A DNA stretch of 64,000 bases, taken from contig CAVYES010000006.1 of NCBI GenBank assembly GCA_963767735.1, positions 32,001 through 96,000 of the forward strand. The letters run 5' to 3'. Origin of the DNA: Candidatus Bathyarchaeota archaeon (GTDB taxonomy: Archaea; Thermoproteota; Bathyarchaeia; Bathyarchaeales; Bathycorpusculaceae). Under the pieces are notes generated by a model. It saw only the letters and a list, made by a program, of their open reading frames with translations. It made no database searches and was not told the origin of the DNA. Below, piece after piece: positions 39,144-48,891 of this stretch. The first letter of the stretch is position 1. Every line of letters begins with the position of its first letter. Made by a program: the position numbers and the translations under genes.

Positions 39144-40022
39144 TTACTGTATACCGCTTTTTTCATAAAATTCTTGGGGCAAAGTCGGCGACAACATTAG
39201 TTCAGTCTTGACTTTTTGCCTGCCATCTTTCGAGTGAGGTTTCCTAATCAAAGTGTCATTATATTTCTCAATTTCCCGAGCTTCTTCAGCTAATCTCGCA
39301 GCTGCTTGAGCTATCTCATGCGCGCAGGCAACTAAGGGAATGTACTTCTCGCTTTCTTTCTCCATGAAACATGCTTGAGTATCTACCTCTGCAATTTTCT
39401 CCGCCATCCCGTAAGCAGCCATTGATTTCGCTTTTGCATACGGATTATTGAAAGTCGAATTGTCTCGTACTGCATTCATGTCAATTACCACTTTAGGAAG
39501 AGTTGGAGTCTGATTGGTTTCAAGCGCATAGATCACTTTATCAATTTCTTGTTGAACAATCCTGTAAACGCCGGTAATCGCAAGTATTTTGTTGACGTTT
39601 GAATTGAATATCGCCATTTCAATAGGATCCAAGAATTCTTTTCTGGCTCCTATCAATGGATCACCAGTGATGATTATATAGCCTAATCCTTGACTTTCCA
39701 TTTCTGCTTTTGCCCGTTTTGCTGGAAAATCGGAGATCACAATGCCTGGCCGACCGCTTTTTGAAATTAGCTCTCTAGCCTTTGCCGGTCCCGGTAAAGC
39801 GGTGTTAGGTGAAATTACGACAAAAACATCTGGGTTGAATTCAAAGATTTTCGGCAAGGCGTCCTCGACATCTTCAAGACCCATTTTCGAACCCGTCGTA
39901 ACTGTTCGAACTTTGATGTCTTTTCGGTCAGCTAATTCATCGAGGAGAAGTTCAAGATTTGGTGATGTTCCAATGTTTCCACACTTAAAAATTCCGATCT
40001 TTTTAGGTTGTTGTTCAGCCAA
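39144..40022 (-). CDS. mtd: F420-dependent methylene-H4MPT dehydrogenase
   Basis: KCGNIGTS, LLDELADRKDI, SPNTALPGP, DPLIGARKEFLDPIEMAIFN, NPYAKAK, RKPH. Confidence 0.92.
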   Translation of the reverse strand: MAEQQPKKIGIFKCGNIGTSPNLELLLDELADRKDIKVRTVTTGSKMGLEDVEDALPKIFEFNPDVFVVISPNTALPGPAKARELISKSGRPGIVISDFPAKRAKAEMESQGLGYIIITGDPLIGARKEFLDPIEMAIFNSNVNKILAITGVYRIVQQEIDKVIYALETNQTPTLPKVVIDMNAVRDNSTFNNPYAKAKSMAAYGMAEKIAEVDTQACFMEKESEKYIPLVACAHEIAQAAARLAEEAREIEKYNDTLIRKPHSKDGRQKVKTELMLSPTLPQEFYEKSGIQ

Positions 40023-40331
40023 TTTAACTCTCTGCTCCTTGGTACTTAAGATTTTACGCCCGATTAGCTTTTAAAGTTTTCATAATTCGTATTCCTCACA
40101 AAACTGTTCGTTTAATTTTCATTGCAAAGCGATTTGAAGAAGTACTGTAACATTAAAGTCAACAACAAGCTTCGGCAGTATCCCAACAGCTCAAGATCGT
40201 TAAACAAGAACTCTTGCTACTAGGTTTAGAATAAAATAAATTTCTTAACTTGAAACTTGTGCACCGCAATTGTTTAATAAGTTAGATTTCAGAGTTCTAT
40301 CCATTGAAACTCAAGAAGGGAAGGTATCAAT

Positions 40332-41375
40332 ATGTCAATAAACGGGAATTTAGAGAAACTCTCAAATGCTTGTGGAGTAACAGGCAGAGAAAGCGAAGTC
40401 AGAGAATTAATGATTCGGCTAATGACTCCCTACACGGATGAGATAGTTGTTGACAAACTTGAAAACGTAATCGCCATCAAAAAAGGCAAATCTGCCGCCC
40501 CAAAAATTATGCTTGCCGCTCACATGGACGAAGTCGGCTTAATGGTGAAAACCATCACTAAAGACGGTTTTCTGCAATTCACTAAAATGGGCGGAATAGA
40601 CGACCGCATCTTACCCGCTCAAAAAGTCACAATTTACTCAAGAAAAGGCATTTTCCCCGGTATAATCGGCTCAAAACCTCCGCATATTCAGAAAGAGGAG
40701 GAGCGGAAAAAAATTATAGCCTTCGACGAACTTTTCATCGATATCGGAGCCGAAAGCAAGGAAGACGCTACCGCAATGGGCGTAGCGGTCGGTGATCCAG
40801 TGGGCTTTGACATAAAATATGTTCCGTTAGGCAGGGATATCGTAATCGGCAAAGCTTTTGATAACCGAGCTGGCTGCGTTACAATGGTTGAAGCTCTAAA
40901 ATTAATGGAAAAGACCGATTATACTGTTTGCGCCGTTGGCACTGTTCAGGAAGAAGTAGGCTTACGTGGTGCCGCAACAGCAGCTTTCGGTGTTGACCCT
41001 GACTTAGCAATAGCGCTTGACGTGACCATAGCGGGTGACGTTCCTGGCGTAAGAGAATTCGACACTAGCGTTAAGATGGGTAAAGGTCCGGCACTTACAA
41101 TTTCAGATTCGGGGTTGATTACTCATCCCAAGGTTTTGCGTTGGCTTTTGGACACGGCGGAAGAAGAAAAAATCCCTTTCCAGCTTGAAACGGGATTACT
41201 CGGGTCAACTGATGCAGCAAGAATTTCCATAACCAGACAGGGCATTCCAAGCGGCAACATATCTATACCCACAAGATATATTCACAGCCCAGTCGGTATG
41301 CTATGCTTAAAGGACATAGAGAACTCGGCTAAGCTTACTGTTGCAGCGATCCAAAGAATTTCAAAATATTTCTAA
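40332..41375 (+). CDS. M42 family (TET) aminopeptidase
   Basis: AAHMDEVG, KAFDNRAG, QEEVGLRGA, STDA, RYIHSP. Confidence 0.92.
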   Translation: MSINGNLEKLSNACGVTGRESEVRELMIRLMTPYTDEIVVDKLENVIAIKKGKSAAPKIMLAAHMDEVGLMVKTITKDGFLQFTKMGGIDDRILPAQKVTIYSRKGIFPGIIGSKPPHIQKEEERKKIIAFDELFIDIGAESKEDATAMGVAVGDPVGFDIKYVPLGRDIVIGKAFDNRAGCVTMVEALKLMEKTDYTVCAVGTVQEEVGLRGAATAAFGVDPDLAIALDVTIAGDVPGVREFDTSVKMGKGPALTISDSGLITHPKVLRWLLDTAEEEKIPFQLETGLLGSTDAARISITRQGIPSGNISIPTRYIHSPVGMLCLKDIENSAKLTVAAIQRISKYF

Positions 41376-41453
41376 ACTTTCCCTCTGGGTATGATGCATC
41401 AGCGAAAGCATTTTTAAACAAACACTCTTCTTATCCTATTGTTGGCTTAAGTT

Positions 41454-41903
41454 ATGAGCACGACGGAGAAATTTGCTGGAAAATTCGAGTTTTTAGAACA
41501 TACCGCTGACGTTTACATTCGAGCGCATGGCACAACAATGGAGGAAGCATATGAAAACGCGGCGCTTGCAATGTTTGAAGTTATGACCGATACTGATAAA
41601 ATCACCCCGATGCAAGAGGAAACATTAGAGGTTGAAGCCGAGGACCAATACGCGCTGCTCTATAGTTGGCTTGAAGAGTTGCTTGTTAAATTTGAAACGG
41701 AAAACATGCTTTTTTCAAAATTCCAGATAACAAACTGGGAAGAAACAGATGAAAATTTCAAAATTAAGGCGAAAGTTTTTGGGGAAAAATTTGATTCCCA
41801 AAAGCACCCGCAAAGGGTTGCTGTTAAAGCTGCAACTTATCATAGAATGGTGATTATAAGGGAAAGAGATCGTGTTATCTTAGAGTTCATCTTAGATATT
41901 TAA
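41454..41903 (+). CDS. Archease
   Basis: FLEHTADV, VKAATYH, ILDI C-terminus. Confidence 0.93.
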   Translation: MSTTEKFAGKFEFLEHTADVYIRAHGTTMEEAYENAALAMFEVMTDTDKITPMQEETLEVEAEDQYALLYSWLEELLVKFETENMLFSKFQITNWEETDENFKIKAKVFGEKFDSQKHPQRVAVKAATYHRMVIIRERDRVILEFILDI

Positions 41904-42104
41904 AGAATCAAAAACACAAAAATCACCATGTCGAAGCATGAACTTCGCTCAAATTAAAATCGGGCGATTTTTCCGAAGCGTTAGTAGCCGTTCCACCAGG
42001 ACGTGATTGATGCATTCTCAATTGGGGTTCGCCGGATTTGTGTATTGAAAAAAAATCTGCACTTCAAGAATGTGGAGAAAAATGATTCTTGAATTTTTTG
42101 GTAT

Positions 42105-43166
42105 TTACTGTTTAAGCTGAGCTTGGACGGTCGCGACTGCATCGTGTTTTTTCTTCGATAATTTAAGTAGCAAGCTCTTGGAGAAGGCTCCTTCTTCCAA
42201 CGGTTTAGATTCTAAGAATCCTGTTTTTTCCGCGTTAGTGAATAGTTCTTCGCCTTTTTCCGTTCGGATAATCGTGAAGGTCCAGCCATCAAGTCCAAGT
42301 CCGCCAACCGATATGTCTGCGAGTTCAGAACTGAAATCCTCGCACACACTGCAGCTTTTTCTGACGTACTGTTTTATGTCTGCAAGGGGAATAGCAGTAG
42401 TCCCTGCAGGAGTGGTTATGAGCATTTTTCCTTTAATGTTCATTTTTGTAATGTCGTTTAGGTTGATGCCGAGTTTGCCTTTAATGTGGGTTTCCATTAG
42501 CCCTTCATAATCGAAGCACTCTGAGCACATGAGCCCCACAAGATACTTGATTGGGGAACTGTACCTTTTCACACCGTTCATCTGCATCTTTCTAACAGCC
42601 TGAATCTGACAGGGTGTGCCTACGAACGCGATTTGAGTCTTTTTTTGCTTAATAACTTCGGGCAAGCCGAGAAGCGCAGAGGAACAGGAGTATTTTGTCC
42701 CCGCTGACTCAATAATTTTGTCGGCTGATGTCGCAAGAATCGGGGTAGGAAGGAAGGGTTTTTCTTGGCTTTTTCCGGAAACTACTGCTCCATCGATTAA
42801 TCCGTTCTGGAGAGCAGCTACCAGCATTGCGGTGGCGGCTCCTCCGTCTTGGCGAACCTTCTGAATGTCGCTGGGTTTTGCTTGGGCTATAGCTATTCTG
42901 CGGAAAACTCCGAATTCCTCTTCAGACTTTCTTGACCTGCCGAAAACAAAGTTCTCGGCTTTTGCCATTTCCCAGTTGTATCGCGGGCAGGCTTGGGCGC
43001 ATATGCCACAGACTTTGCATTCTTTCGCCAAATTGGGTTTTCCTTTGGCAAATTCAAGGCTGCCGAAGGGGCAAACGACGACGCAAGTGCCACAGCTTGC
43101 GCATTTTCCGGTTTGAACAACTTCAGTTAAGAGGGAGTTCTCAAAGCTATATTTTTTTGAACTCAT
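42105..43166 (-). CDS. FrhB/FpoF-family F420-binding oxidoreductase with 2[4Fe-4S] N-terminus
   Basis: CASCGTCVVVCP, CKVCGICAQACP, QDGGAAT, VGTPCQ, GLMCSECF, CSVCEDFSSELADISVG. Confidence 0.9.
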   Translation of the reverse strand: MSSKKYSFENSLLTEVVQTGKCASCGTCVVVCPFGSLEFAKGKPNLAKECKVCGICAQACPRYNWEMAKAENFVFGRSRKSEEEFGVFRRIAIAQAKPSDIQKVRQDGGAATAMLVAALQNGLIDGAVVSGKSQEKPFLPTPILATSADKIIESAGTKYSCSSALLGLPEVIKQKKTQIAFVGTPCQIQAVRKMQMNGVKRYSSPIKYLVGLMCSECFDYEGLMETHIKGKLGINLNDITKMNIKGKMLITTPAGTTAIPLADIKQYVRKSCSVCEDFSSELADISVGGLGLDGWTFTIIRTEKGEELFTNAEKTGFLESKPLEEGAFSKSLLLKLSKKKHDAVATVQAQLKQ

Positions 43167-43245
43167 AACGTTAGATAATTAACTGAAAATATATAAACAT
43201 TAAACGTGGAGCTTATTTGAAATTTCATCTTTTTGCTTCGCAGTT

Positions 43246-43914
43246 TTAACCAAACCAACTTAAGGTTATCTTCAGTTTCTTTAGTTCAGCTATTATCTTG
43301 TCAACTATTGGTTCTGGCGGTTGATCAAGACTTGCGGTCCTTGAAGTTACTAAGGGCACTTTTTTCTCCTTAAAATACTCTAAGAGTGGTTTCGTCTGTT
43401 CTTGGTAGACCTGCAGTCGCTTCTTTATAACTTCGGGGTTGTCATCTGGCCGTTGGTATAAGGGTCCCCCGCATTTGTCGCAGACGTCTTCTACTTTTGG
43501 TTTTAAGAACCGAATGTTGTAAACGGTTCCGCAATTACGGCATATTCTTCGGGTAGATAATCGTTCAATAATGATCCAGTCTGGAACATCCAGTAGTAGT
43601 ATGACGTCGATTTTAGTGATAGAATCTAAGATTTTGGCTTGGTTAAGCGTTCTTGGGTAGCCATCCAAAATGAAACCCTTTCCTTTCGGAATTTTGCTAA
43701 AGCGTTGCTTTAGTACTTCTTCAACAACTTCGTCTGGAACAAGAAGCCCTTTTTCCACATAACTCCTAACTTTCCTGCCTAACTCAGAATCTTCCTTCAT
43801 TAATTCACGGAAAATATCGCCTGTCGCTATGACTTCAACGCCAAGTTTCGCTTGCAGCCTTGAAGAATAAGTGCCTTTTCCAGCTCCAGGCGCTCCGAAG
43901 ATAATTGCTTTCAA
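43246..43914 (-). CDS. adk: Adenylate kinase (bacterial type, Zn lid)
   Basis: GAPGAGKGT, GFILDGYPR, CRNC...CDKC lid, QRPDD. Confidence 0.94.
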   Translation of the reverse strand: MKAIIFGAPGAGKGTYSSRLQAKLGVEVIATGDIFRELMKEDSELGRKVRSYVEKGLLVPDEVVEEVLKQRFSKIPKGKGFILDGYPRTLNQAKILDSITKIDVILLLDVPDWIIIERLSTRRICRNCGTVYNIRFLKPKVEDVCDKCGGPLYQRPDDNPEVIKKRLQVYQEQTKPLLEYFKEKKVPLVTSRTASLDQPPEPIVDKIIAELKKLKITLSWFG

Positions 43915-44045
43915 TTTATTGTTGCCCCCTTAGCCTCCCTCCATAGACCATTAATGGATAATTAAGTTTTATGTGTCCCCTCTAATGTTTCATGGAAACG
44001 TTTATGGCATAACAGCACTTATCAAACCCAACTAAGGGTGAAGCT

Positions 44046-44966
44046 TTGCACACGCAAGAAATCGGGAAAAGCCTATTTCTAATCGAGTTAGAAACGGGAG
44101 GATTCAAAAACCTCATTTGCAGCTACGTAATAAAAGGCACTAAAACTATCCTTGTGGAGTCTGGCCCAACCTCTTCAGTACCTAATCTTGTTTCTGGCTT
44201 AAAAGAACTCGGCATCAAATTTGAAGACGTTGAATACGTTGCTATCACGCATGTTCATTTAGATCATGGCGGCGGCGCCGGAACATTGCTAAAGTTTCTG
44301 CCTAACGCAAAAGTCCTCGTCCACCCACGGGGAATGCCGCATCTGATTAATCCTGAACGGCTTTGGTCATCTGCTCAAGCGGTTCTTGGGTACGTAAGCG
44401 AAATTTTCGGGAAACCTGAACCCGTTCCAAAAGAACGAATAATTCCTGTCACTGAGGGCTCCTTTAACTTGGATGATGGCGGTAAACTAACAGTTATTGA
44501 AACGCTCGGACACGCTTCACACAGCCTTAGCTTCCACGAATCGTTAAACGATGGAATTTTTCCAGGGGATGCTGCTGGCACTTATTTCCCAGAGTTCGAC
44601 TTAATAATGCCCACTACGCCTCCTCCCTTCTATCTTGACTCAGAATTAGCTTCTTTAGATAGATTAATCGGTCTTATGCCGACAATTCTGTATTATAGCC
44701 ATTTCGGAAAAGCTTCAAATGGAGTTCGCCGTTTGAAAGATTACAAGGTTCAACTTCAATTGTGGGCAAAAATCGCGGAAGAAGGCGTCGGGAAAAATCG
44801 GAGTTCAGAGGAGATTCGGGAGAGAATAATTGCTGAGGACAAGGTTATGAGTCAGCTGTCGGATTATTTAAAATCGCATCGAATTTACTGTAGGACCGCT
44901 CTTGAAAACAGCGTTCAAGGCTTTATCGACTATGCCAAGCAAATTCAAGCTAAAGAGGGTTCATAA
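44046..44966 (+). CDS. MBL-fold metallo-hydrolase
   Basis: THVHLDHGGG, GHASH, GDAAG, SHFG. Confidence 0.9.
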   Translation: MHTQEIGKSLFLIELETGGFKNLICSYVIKGTKTILVESGPTSSVPNLVSGLKELGIKFEDVEYVAITHVHLDHGGGAGTLLKFLPNAKVLVHPRGMPHLINPERLWSSAQAVLGYVSEIFGKPEPVPKERIIPVTEGSFNLDDGGKLTVIETLGHASHSLSFHESLNDGIFPGDAAGTYFPEFDLIMPTTPPPFYLDSELASLDRLIGLMPTILYYSHFGKASNGVRRLKDYKVQLQLWAKIAEEGVGKNRSSEEIRERIIAEDKVMSQLSDYLKSHRIYCRTALENSVQGFIDYAKQIQAKEGS

Positions 44967-45010
44967 ACGTTTTATAGTATCACTCCACTGTGTCTTTAAG
45001 GTGAAAAATT

Positions 45011-46489
45011 TTGGGCGAAAGTGAAAGCAGAAAGGCGCCAGAAGAAGTTCCGCTTGAGAAAATAAACGAGTACGCTTGGCGTATCCCAAAATATAAGCCA
45101 GGCATGAGAGTTCCTGGAATGGTTTTTGCAAACGAAGCTCTTTTAGAGAAGATGAAGACTGATCGCACACTTTGGCAATGCACAAACGTAGCGCAGTTGC
45201 CTGGAATTTACAAACATGCAATAACATTGCCTGATGGGCATGAAGGCTACGGTTTTCCAATAGGTGGCGTTGCCGCAACCGACTTTGATGAAGGCGTCAT
45301 CAGCCCTGGCGGCGTAGGTTATGATATCAATTGTGGTGTACGCCTCTTAGCCACAACGCTTACCGAAAGTGAGATTAGGCCCAAACTTGTCCCATTAGCT
45401 GAAACAATTTTCCGTAATGTTCCTTCTGGGCTTGGAAGTCGACGAAAAGACCTCTCAATATCCTCCGCCGACTTAGATCGTTTGGTCGTTGAGGGTGTGC
45501 CTTGGCTCATTAAACGTGGGTTCGGTTGGCCCGAAGACGCAGAACACTGTGAAGAAAGCGGATGCATGCCTAACGCAGACCCAGATAAGGTCTCGTCGAC
45601 CGCTAAAAGCAGAGGATTAACCCAGATTGGCACCTTGGGTTCGGGAAACCACTTCTTAGAAATACAAAAAGTAGACAAAATCTACAATCCTAAAACAGCT
45701 AAAGCTTTTGGAATTACACAAGAAGATCAAGTTACAGTCATGATTCATTGCGGTTCAAGAGGCTACGGCCACCAAGTCTGCTCCGATTACCTGCGTGTCA
45801 TGGAGCATGCAGTCCAAAAGTACAAGATAACCTTACCTGACCGCGAATTAGCCTGCGCACCTGGACACAGCAATGAAGCAAGTGATTACTTCCACGCTAT
45901 GGCCTGCGCAGTTAACTACGCTTTTTGTAATCGACATGCAATTATGCATTGGGTGCGACAAAGCTTCCAGCAAGTTTTCCAGCAGCCTCCCGAAAACTTT
46001 GGTTTAAAACTTGTCTATGATGTCACCCATAACATTGCCAAAGTGGAAACCCACAAAATTGATGGCGTAGAAAAGAAGGTTTGGGTTCACCGCAAAGGAG
46101 CAACACGCGCTTTCCCATCGGGTCACCCGGATATTCCAGCTGATTATCGCAGTGAAGGCCAACCAGTCCTTATTCCAGGCAGCATGGGTACGAGCTCGTG
46201 GGTTCTGGCAGGTTCTCAGAAGGCTATGGATTTAACTTTTGGTTCAACCGCGCATGGTGCCGGCAGAATGATGAGCCGTTCAGCCGCTAAACGGCAGTAT
46301 TGGGGAGGAGACATAAAATCGGCTTTGGAGAAGAGGGGCATTGTTGTTCGCGCGGCAAGCATTTCTGTTTTGGCTGAGGAAGCTGACCCTGCATATAAGA
46401 ATGTGGATGTGGTTGCCGACGTCAGCGACAAAGTTGGAATTGCCACTAAAGTTGCAAGACTTGTTCCTCTTGCGGTGGTAAAAGGGTAA
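45011..46489 (+). CDS. rtcB: tRNA-splicing ligase RtcB
   Basis: PDGHEGYGFPIGG, GYDINCG, GSGNHFLE, HNIAK, HRKGATR, PGSMG, HGAGR. Confidence 0.96.
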   Translation: MGESESRKAPEEVPLEKINEYAWRIPKYKPGMRVPGMVFANEALLEKMKTDRTLWQCTNVAQLPGIYKHAITLPDGHEGYGFPIGGVAATDFDEGVISPGGVGYDINCGVRLLATTLTESEIRPKLVPLAETIFRNVPSGLGSRRKDLSISSADLDRLVVEGVPWLIKRGFGWPEDAEHCEESGCMPNADPDKVSSTAKSRGLTQIGTLGSGNHFLEIQKVDKIYNPKTAKAFGITQEDQVTVMIHCGSRGYGHQVCSDYLRVMEHAVQKYKITLPDRELACAPGHSNEASDYFHAMACAVNYAFCNRHAIMHWVRQSFQQVFQQPPENFGLKLVYDVTHNIAKVETHKIDGVEKKVWVHRKGATRAFPSGHPDIPADYRSEGQPVLIPGSMGTSSWVLAGSQKAMDLTFGSTAHGAGRMMSRSAAKRQYWGGDIKSALEKRGIVVRAASISVLAEEADPAYKNVDVVADVSDKVGIATKVARLVPLAVVKG

Positions 46490-46609
46490 AATTAGCCTTT
46501 TTCTTTCCGTTTTTTTAAACGGTTTTTTTTGTTGATTTGGGGAATCGTATATCTAGAAGTTTAATAATGAATTTTACCTTGAATCGATAAAACAGCTGGA
46601 AAGCATCAC

Positions 46610-48148
46610 TTGAGCAAAAAACAAATCAGGGTTCAGTACAGCGGATTCATTATTTTTACGTCTCAAGTGCTAGGCATAATTACTGGGCTTGTTTACACGC
46701 TGTTGCTTACCCGAAACATGACCACAAGCCAATATGGTATTTGGACAAACATTTTTGATTACACGGGGTACTTTTTGCTTTTCAGTGGCTTTTTACCTTT
46801 CTGGGCAACTCGGTTTGTGGCAAGAGGTAAGGCGGGAACTGTTAAAACTAGCGTTTTAGCGCAATTGTCAATAGCTCTCATTTCAGTCGTTATTTATCTT
46901 CCTGCGATTGTTCTGATTTCAAGAGCAATCGGAACCGAAGTCTACTTGCTAATTTACTTGATTACAGGCTTTTACATTTTGAATACTTACATGGTCACAG
47001 TTTTTGAAAGCATTTTGACTTCTGTGAAGCCTCAGGCAATTGGTTATGGTTTTTTAATTGAGGAAGTAGTGAAAGTGACTGTTGCTGTAGTTTTGATACT
47101 TGGGTTAAGGCAGCTATTTCTCGGCGCAATATTAGGCCTAGTTCTTTCCGCAGCAGTTCAACTATTATATTATGTGCGCCTTTTATGGGACGAATTTAAG
47201 CAAAAAACCAACTGGACCTACTTAAAAGAGTGGCTTAAGGGTTCAACAGCAATCGTCTATAACTCAATTGGCGGACAATTATTAGCGGTTGTCTTTATTA
47301 TGCTTTTTCTCATTGGTGGAGCAACCCCTAGAGCCTACTACCAAGCAGCTTTAAGTTTTACGACCGTAGTGGGCTATTCTTCTTCTTTGGCGACGGCGAT
47401 GTATCCTAAACTGCTGGCTAAAACTTGCCCAGACGAACTGGTGGGAACATCGTTGAGAACAGTGTTAATGTTGGCGATTCCATTATCCACAATAACGATG
47501 GTTATGTCTACCTCGTTCTTATCCATTCTAAACATATCTTACAGTATTGCTTGGCCAGTTCTCATTGCATTAACGATTAACACATTAGTGAGTGTGATTG
47601 CTTCGTTCTACTCTTCACTCATAATGGGCAGAGAAGGGTTCGACGCTGAAGGAAAAATTTCACTTCGCAAACTTGTCAGAAGCAAAATCTTTACAGTTTT
47701 CAGTCTTGGATACATTCAGGCAGCAATCGCTTTACCCTTGGTGTATTACGTTCTGACGCAAGTGCGGGTGGCTGGAACACCGCTAGCTGCAGTTTACGTT
47801 ATAGCAATACTCACTGGCGCCCAGCTTTCAACCTTTATTGGACTATATTGGTCTTGGCGTCGTTCAATTAGGTTACCTGTTGCTTGGAAAAGCATAGCCA
47901 AATACGTTCTCGCTTCCATCTTTATGGGCGCTGTGCTTTTCCTGCTTCCTACTACCTCAACGCTGCTCTTCACAATCGCTAAAGCCCTTGCGGGCTTTGC
48001 AATTTACGCGGGCTTGTTATTAATTATTGATGCGCAAGCAAGAGAGTTGATTAGGTTAATCTGGGAAGAAATCACGGGTACACTACGGCAGTTAATACAT
48101 AAAGGCGATAATTCGGGTCAAAACGGTTTTGAAGCAAGTGAAAATTAA
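46610..48148 (+). CDS. Multi-TM polysaccharide flippase (MOP/Wzx-like)
   Basis: About 14 hydrophobic segments; LLLTRNMTTSQYGIW and YPKLL features. Confidence 0.7.
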   Translation: MSKKQIRVQYSGFIIFTSQVLGIITGLVYTLLLTRNMTTSQYGIWTNIFDYTGYFLLFSGFLPFWATRFVARGKAGTVKTSVLAQLSIALISVVIYLPAIVLISRAIGTEVYLLIYLITGFYILNTYMVTVFESILTSVKPQAIGYGFLIEEVVKVTVAVVLILGLRQLFLGAILGLVLSAAVQLLYYVRLLWDEFKQKTNWTYLKEWLKGSTAIVYNSIGGQLLAVVFIMLFLIGGATPRAYYQAALSFTTVVGYSSSLATAMYPKLLAKTCPDELVGTSLRTVLMLAIPLSTITMVMSTSFLSILNISYSIAWPVLIALTINTLVSVIASFYSSLIMGREGFDAEGKISLRKLVRSKIFTVFSLGYIQAAIALPLVYYVLTQVRVAGTPLAAVYVIAILTGAQLSTFIGLYWSWRRSIRLPVAWKSIAKYVLASIFMGAVLFLLPTTSTLLFTIAKALAGFAIYAGLLLIIDAQARELIRLIWEEITGTLRQLIHKGDNSGQNGFEASEN

Positions 48149-48213
48149 TATGTCTAAAATGAGGAGTGTACTTTAAGCGACTTTTCAGTTCGCCCAGCCA
48201 AGTTGATTAATCG

Positions 48214-48834
48214 TTGAAGGATGAATGCGGAATTTGCGGAAGAGTTCTACGGGTAGCTTACATGCGTAAGTGTCAACGTTGCAAAAAACTGTTTTGCCGG
48301 GACTGCATGGTGCCCGACGTCGCAACAGACGATCCAAATGCAATGTTGTGTTTGCATTGTGCTAGACGAGTGGTTTCGCCCCGGTCAGCATCTAAGTATG
48401 ATGGGCTCGAGAACCATTTGAAGTTTAGAGCTGCTTTCACTGGATTGGTCAAACTTTCCTTTGCAAGAATAGACGGTTTAATTGGCAGCAACCTTCCCAT
48501 AAGCGCTTTCAGAGACGAAGCCTGGTGGAGTAACTCATCATTCAGCGCCCACGCTAAGGCTTGGCTGAATGCAGGCTGGGAAGTTCAAGAAATAAACCTC
48601 AAAGAAGGCAATGTTACTTTCAAGAAAGTGCGCGATGTTCCATTCAAGAAGTCCAGGCGATCTAAGCTTGAAATTAATAAGCCATTCACACCTGTGCCTG
48701 TTCACAAGCCTAGGTCTAAGGTTCCGTCTAAAACCAAAGTGTCAAAGCTTTATGCTCGCATAAAAAACATGGAGAGAAACCGCGCATTAGACCGCAGGCA
48801 GATTAGAGGCTTCAAGGCTAGGCCGCGGCATTAG
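48214..48834 (+). CDS. Hypothetical protein: 8-Cys Zn finger, conserved WWxN domain and basic tail
   Basis: CGIC, CQRC, CRDC, CLHC; LSFARIDGLIGSNLP...AWWSN...AWLNAGW (DUF7662-like, from memory). Confidence 0.65.
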   Translation: MKDECGICGRVLRVAYMRKCQRCKKLFCRDCMVPDVATDDPNAMLCLHCARRVVSPRSASKYDGLENHLKFRAAFTGLVKLSFARIDGLIGSNLPISAFRDEAWWSNSSFSAHAKAWLNAGWEVQEINLKEGNVTFKKVRDVPFKKSRRSKLEINKPFTPVPVHKPRSKVPSKTKVSKLYARIKNMERNRALDRRQIRGFKARPRH

Positions 48835-48891
48835 AAGAAGCTTTTTAGGTCCAAGTGGCAATTTAATGCTCAAGCCTAAGTGGTGCCATGA

